Assembly (NCBI GenBank): GCA_029856125.1
Contig: JAHQWJ010000128.1
Span: 1-17,840, forward strand
Length of the DNA: 17,840 nucleotides
From: Promethearchaeia archaeon
GTDB lineage: Archaea > Asgardarchaeota > Lokiarchaeia > Sigyniarchaeales > SOKP01
Reading direction: 5' to 3'
The notes under the pieces were generated by a model. It did not search any database. It was given only the letters and a program-made list of their open reading frames with translations, and was not told the DNA's origin. Made by a program: the position numbers and the translations under genes. This document shows positions 15,799 to 17,840 of this stretch, one piece after another. Numbering within the stretch: position 1 is the first letter of the stretch; each line of letters starts with the position of its first letter.

Positions 15799-17745
15799 TT
15801 AATCTCTTACCCTTTTTCTGATGATAACAATTGAGATTGCGAGTATTTGCAAACTTACCAAAATAAGAATATAAAGATCGTATCCAGGTATAGCTTGGCT
15901 AATAATTAAATCTAGCCTGAGTTCACTGTCAGAATCTAATTGAACTAAAATGTAATTATCGTATAATAGACTGACCTTGCTTGGATCGTTTGGTAAAACA
16001 AAGGAAAATTCGGTTGTTCCATTAATCCAGACATCTTCACTGAGTATAAGCTGTTTTGATGCGTCGTAAATAGCTAATGGAACCTGCTGAGAATATTTGT
16101 AATGGTTCAATGGCTCGTTAAGATCTTCAATGGTAAAAGTTAACCTTTTAGTATCTGTATTATAGTTGTGATTTGAAAAAGCATAATTTGGAAGAAATTC
16201 GTTATCAAACCATGGGAAGAAAAACCAATCTAGCGATTGCCCCACTATGTCCTCGAATGCTTGCTGAATATCTGATAATATGACGAGCCCAAATTGGTGT
16301 CTCTCAAAATATAACTTTAATCCTTCTAAAAAGTCTGTAAGTCCGAGAGTTAGGCGTAACTTTTCAAAAATTAGAGGAGCTTTTATATAGGCGATATGGA
16401 CATAATCAGTATATGTAGCTATACATTCGTAAACTGTTTGATTTATTTTTGAGCTTAATCCATACGATGCGTAGTAATAAACTCTCACTTCATCAATATA
16501 TAGCTTATTTTGGAAATATTCCCAGTTGTTGTGATATTTTTCACCGTAATAATCAGTTGACCAACAAGTTAGCCCTTCATCTAAAAATCCCACATCTACT
16601 TCGTCGTTTCCAACTAAATTATACCACCATTGATGACATACCTCGTGAACAATTATTTGCTCTAAGTATCTTCGATTTACTTCGGGAGTATTAGGCCAGC
16701 GTTCTATCGATTCAGAAATGTATACTTGATTTGGGTATTCCATACCTCCATATTCCGTGTATTCTTCTACAACATTAAGTGTTGGGTAAGGATATATTCC
16801 AAAAGTGTTATTAAAGAGAATTAGAGCATTTTCTGTGTGATTTAAGGCATTAACATTCCAAAAATCAAAGTCTTTTTTAAGGAAGAAGGTTGAAACATTC
16901 ACACCATTTGAAATTTTTGATTGTACTTGAAAATATTTCGAAGCTGAAAAAGTGACTTCCCGTACAGGATAAATAGGATTAAAGTGATACAATGTGGTTG
17001 CGCCGTTTTCTAATTTTTTTTCTAAACCTCCGGTTGCTGCTATTATCATATCGCTCGATGCTTCGATAAAGAAGTTATAATAAGCCATATCAAAATAAAA
17101 TGGATCACCCGTGGTCAAATAAGAATCAGTGTTCCAACCGTCTTTATTATCATAAACGCATGGTATAGGATAAAAACTCCCAAACTTATAAATGGTTGAA
17201 TTGTTTATATCGCTTCCATGAGAATTGGATCTATCAATTCCTCCATCTGGAATGGTTGCGTTAAATTGAATCATAAATTCTGCTCTTTTTTGAGGTTCTA
17301 AATTTGCTGTTAGGTTTACCCACATAATTTGTTGATCTGAATATACATCAAACGGGATTGCTAAATTTGGGTCATCTAAATCGGTAACATTTACAATTTC
17401 AATGAGACCCGGTCTTGAAGCGTATTCCATTCCGGATAAATAAATGTGAAAAGGAATTCTTGTATAATTCACGCCATCGTTATTATAAAAATCAACCGTC
17501 AAATTTCCTTCAATAAAAGAGCTTATTTCGTCCATAATTACAGTTAAATTATAACGAGAGAAATTCCCGCTGATTTGAGCTAATTTTGGATAATCAAAAA
17601 CCGTCTCAACACTATCATCTCCCAAAGGAGAGATAAAATCATTATTTTGGAATTTAGGTGGGAACATAAAAACAGAAGTGAAAACACAATCTATTAAGAA
17701 AATACCTATTAACAGGCCAGAAAATTTATGATATTTTTTTTTCAT
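15799..17745 (-). CDS. Secreted/membrane-anchored M1-family zinc aminopeptidase with a C-terminal IPGY-TM-basic anchor
   Basis: Exopeptidase motif GGMEYP; HEVCH-x18-E (HEVCHQWWYNLVGNDEVDVGFLDEG); catalytic Tyr region IAYIKA. The N-terminus is a basic plus hydrophobic signal and the C-terminus reads IPGYDLYILILVSLQILAISIVIIRKRVRD. ATG 17745 is preferred over TTG 17757. Confidence 0.92.
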   Translation of the reverse strand: MKKKYHKFSGLLIGIFLIDCVFTSVFMFPPKFQNNDFISPLGDDSVETVFDYPKLAQISGNFSRYNLTVIMDEISSFIEGNLTVDFYNNDGVNYTRIPFHIYLSGMEYASRPGLIEIVNVTDLDDPNLAIPFDVYSDQQIMWVNLTANLEPQKRAEFMIQFNATIPDGGIDRSNSHGSDINNSTIYKFGSFYPIPCVYDNKDGWNTDSYLTTGDPFYFDMAYYNFFIEASSDMIIAATGGLEKKLENGATTLYHFNPIYPVREVTFSASKYFQVQSKISNGVNVSTFFLKKDFDFWNVNALNHTENALILFNNTFGIYPYPTLNVVEEYTEYGGMEYPNQVYISESIERWPNTPEVNRRYLEQIIVHEVCHQWWYNLVGNDEVDVGFLDEGLTCWSTDYYGEKYHNNWEYFQNKLYIDEVRVYYYASYGLSSKINQTVYECIATYTDYVHIAYIKAPLIFEKLRLTLGLTDFLEGLKLYFERHQFGLVILSDIQQAFEDIVGQSLDWFFFPWFDNEFLPNYAFSNHNYNTDTKRLTFTIEDLNEPLNHYKYSQQVPLAIYDASKQLILSEDVWINGTTEFSFVLPNDPSKVSLLYDNYILVQLDSDSELRLDLIISQAIPGYDLYILILVSLQILAISIVIIRKRVRD

Positions 17746-17840
17746 GTTTCTAATCAAGCAACTTATTACAAAAAATTAAAGAAACGTATATTGATAAACA
17801 TTATTACATACTTCTACTAACTTGATAAAATTCTTATTCT

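Noticed and set aside
510-16694. Other short antisense ORFs (510-863, 2194-2391, 4223-4408, 4483-4860, 5575-5817, 11591-11806, 13569-13895, 13855-14103, 14915-15163, 16449-16694)
   Set aside because: Each lies wholly or mostly opposite a well-supported gene and shows no recognisable motif.

Overview
AT-rich archaeal chromosomal window that most likely comes from an Asgard archaeon (Lokiarchaeia-like). This is inferred from a Rab-like GTPase without a prenylation tail, a UBA3/UBA2-type E1, a eukaryote-type E2, an IPGY-type C-terminal anchor and a C1:G72 tRNA-Tyr with BHB introns. In order it contains: a 5'-truncated proline-rich repeat protein, aspartate kinase, a Rab-like small GTPase, a small membrane protein bracketed by an imperfect ~35-bp direct repeat, a 2Fe-2S/ASKHA corrinoid reductive activator, a 1641-aa protein, an E1 ubiquitin-like activating enzyme, a HAD hydrolase, a RdhA/QueG-like 2x[4Fe-4S] protein, an E2 conjugating enzyme, a tRNA-Tyr(GUA) with two introns, and a membrane-anchored M1 aminopeptidase. 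The most promising candidate for an undescribed system is the 1641-aa protein. It has 14 MIT/TPR-like helical units spaced mostly 113-119 aa apart, lies directly upstream of the E1, and has the E2 nearby. No ubiquitin-like modifier, E3 or deubiquitinase gene is visible in the window. All calls come from reading motifs by eye; no database searches were run.
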